Shown: piece by piece, positions 62,861 to 64,000 of the stretch
How positions within the stretch are numbered: position 1 is the stretch's first letter
Layout of the letters: each line of letters begins with the position of its first letter
Assembly (NCBI RefSeq): GCF_018977255.1
Contig: NW_024704743.1
Coordinates: 992,001-1,056,000, forward strand
Length of the DNA stretch: 64,000 nucleotides
Origin: Callorhinchus milii
Taxonomy: Eukaryota
Direction of reading: 5' to 3'
Program-made: the position numbers and the translations under genes
The notes under the pieces: generated by a model
Seen by the model: only the letters and a program-made list of their open reading frames with translations
What the model was told of the DNA's origin: nothing
Database searches by the model: none

Positions 62861-63580
62861 CTGAAAAAAATACATACATTTTCCTTTTAGCTGGTACGGA
62901 AACACAATCAGAGCATTTAACAGCTCACAAACAGGGTACTTGGCTCATCCCGTCTCCACTGGCGTTGATCTCCACAATGAGACACCCACTTTATTGCACT
63001 TTCCTGCATGCTCCACATACCTACTGACGTGGATTCTAATTCCTTACATCAAAGCAATCTATTCTGCGGGAAAATATATTAACAGATACTCAACTTCAAA
63101 TTTAATATTGACCAAATATTTAGAAGAAGTGTAAAAATTATCCTCGGGCAAACAGATTCATGTGTTTACAGCACAAAAGGCTATTTTGCCCATCAAGCCT
63201 GTACTAATGGGTTCCTTCCGTTGAACCTATCTTTGAACACTTTGGGGAAAAAATGCTGTAGCTCAATCCACGACCGTTTGTGCGGCACTGATGTGTGTTT
63301 CGCCCACAAAATACACAGTCAATGCCTTTTACAATATATTCTGTGAATGACTTTGAGACGTCTCAACTAAGTGATAAGGCGATACATCAAATGCAACGAT
63401 TATTATTATTACTTTGGTTTGACAATGAGAAAAAAGTAATATCACACAATTCTGAACATTAGCAAATTGCAACTTGATAGAAAGACTGAATGTATATAAA
63501 ACACAGATCTTAACCACCTGTAAACATCTTTAAAAGGTAACAGACAAAGAGCGAAAAGTATTGGTGACCCAGTGACTCAC

Positions 63581-63855
63581 CTGCAACCTGGATGTTGAAG
63601 GTCAGTTTCTCTCCCGCTGCTTCACAGATGTATTCACCTTCATCCTTTGACTCCACATTCTGAATCTCAAGCTTTCGTGTTTTGCCGTCAGACTCCAGTT
63701 TAATTTTTTGCCGGGACTCAGAATTTTTCCACCTTTAAACCACTTGACTTCAGTTTTGGATTGCGACACTTCACAGATAAGAGCGGCATTCTCTGATGAA
63801 CGCACCTTCACCACCTTTTTAAGTGAATCTTTATTGGCAAATACTGGTTCGGGCT
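63581..63855 (-). CDS. OBSCN: Obscurin Ig exon carrying a 1-bp frameshift (275 bp)
   Basis: cag acceptor, gtgagt donor. EPEPVFANKD...WFKGGKILSPGKK, then the frame shifts at the T6 run 63704-63709 and resumes KLESDGKTRKL...EYICEAAGEKLTFNIQVA. Confidence 0.85.
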
Positions 63856-64000
63856 CTGCAAGCAAGAAGAATGAGATAGCTGAATCAACAACAACAACTT
63901 GCACTTATATAGCGCCCTCCACGCAAGGTAGCGTTTCAGAGCGCTTAGCAGAGGCGGAGCCCGACTCTGGGTGAGGTGGCCATAAGCATGCTTGAAGAGG

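Larger units (their letters stand above)
1..63855 (-). other. OBSCN: Obscurin gene, central portion (55 traceable coding exons; continues beyond both window ends)
   Basis: Ordered Ig array - Fn3 - IQ - Ig architecture with motifs recognised from obscurin: PSLPPEAAQEGDLHLLWEALAKKRRMSREPTLDSI, KIQAAFKGYKTRK, ELQNQEVQEGYPISFDC...GVSSTKAELRVD, LVPPRFLERF. Exon phases join in frame apart from the exon at 63581-63855. Confidence 0.97.

Noticed and set aside
521..63517. Many short 60-130 aa ORFs in the track (e.g. [13 protein letters not shown] peptides)
   Set aside because: Translations of SINE/LINE fragments or intron read-through around real exons.
19781..63855. Immunoglobulin/TCR V-segment locus, or titin/OBSL1 rather than obscurin
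   Set aside because: The domains are I-set, no recombination signal sequences were seen, and the downstream Fn3-IQ-Ig sequence carries obscurin-specific motifs.

Overview
This is vertebrate genomic DNA. The repeat content (tRNA-Ala-headed SINE with an L2-type tail, DeuSINE, L2, CR1, Penelope-like hairpins) suggests a cartilaginous fish, possibly a holocephalan; that is an inference. The whole window is the central part of one minus-strand gene, the giant sarcomeric protein obscurin (OBSCN). I traced 55 coding exons by hand using GT/AG boundaries and phase. They give a long tandem I-set Ig array (mostly one 267-279 bp phase 1-1 exon per domain), then an Fn3 domain, a 1368-bp GC-rich exon with the IQ motif and an Ig domain, and further Ig domains. 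The gene runs off both ends of the window. I found no convincing novel biological system. The main signal is birth and death of Ig exons: five almost identical Ig exons (33.7-38.8 kb), a fully decayed Ig pseudo-exon (22561-22827), an Ig exon with a 1-bp frameshift (63581-63855), an 89-bp exact copy of a splice acceptor inserted into an L2 element, and the apparent absence of two Ig domains recalled from human obscurin. Comparisons with human obscurin are from memory and need an alignment. Repeat boundaries are approximate.
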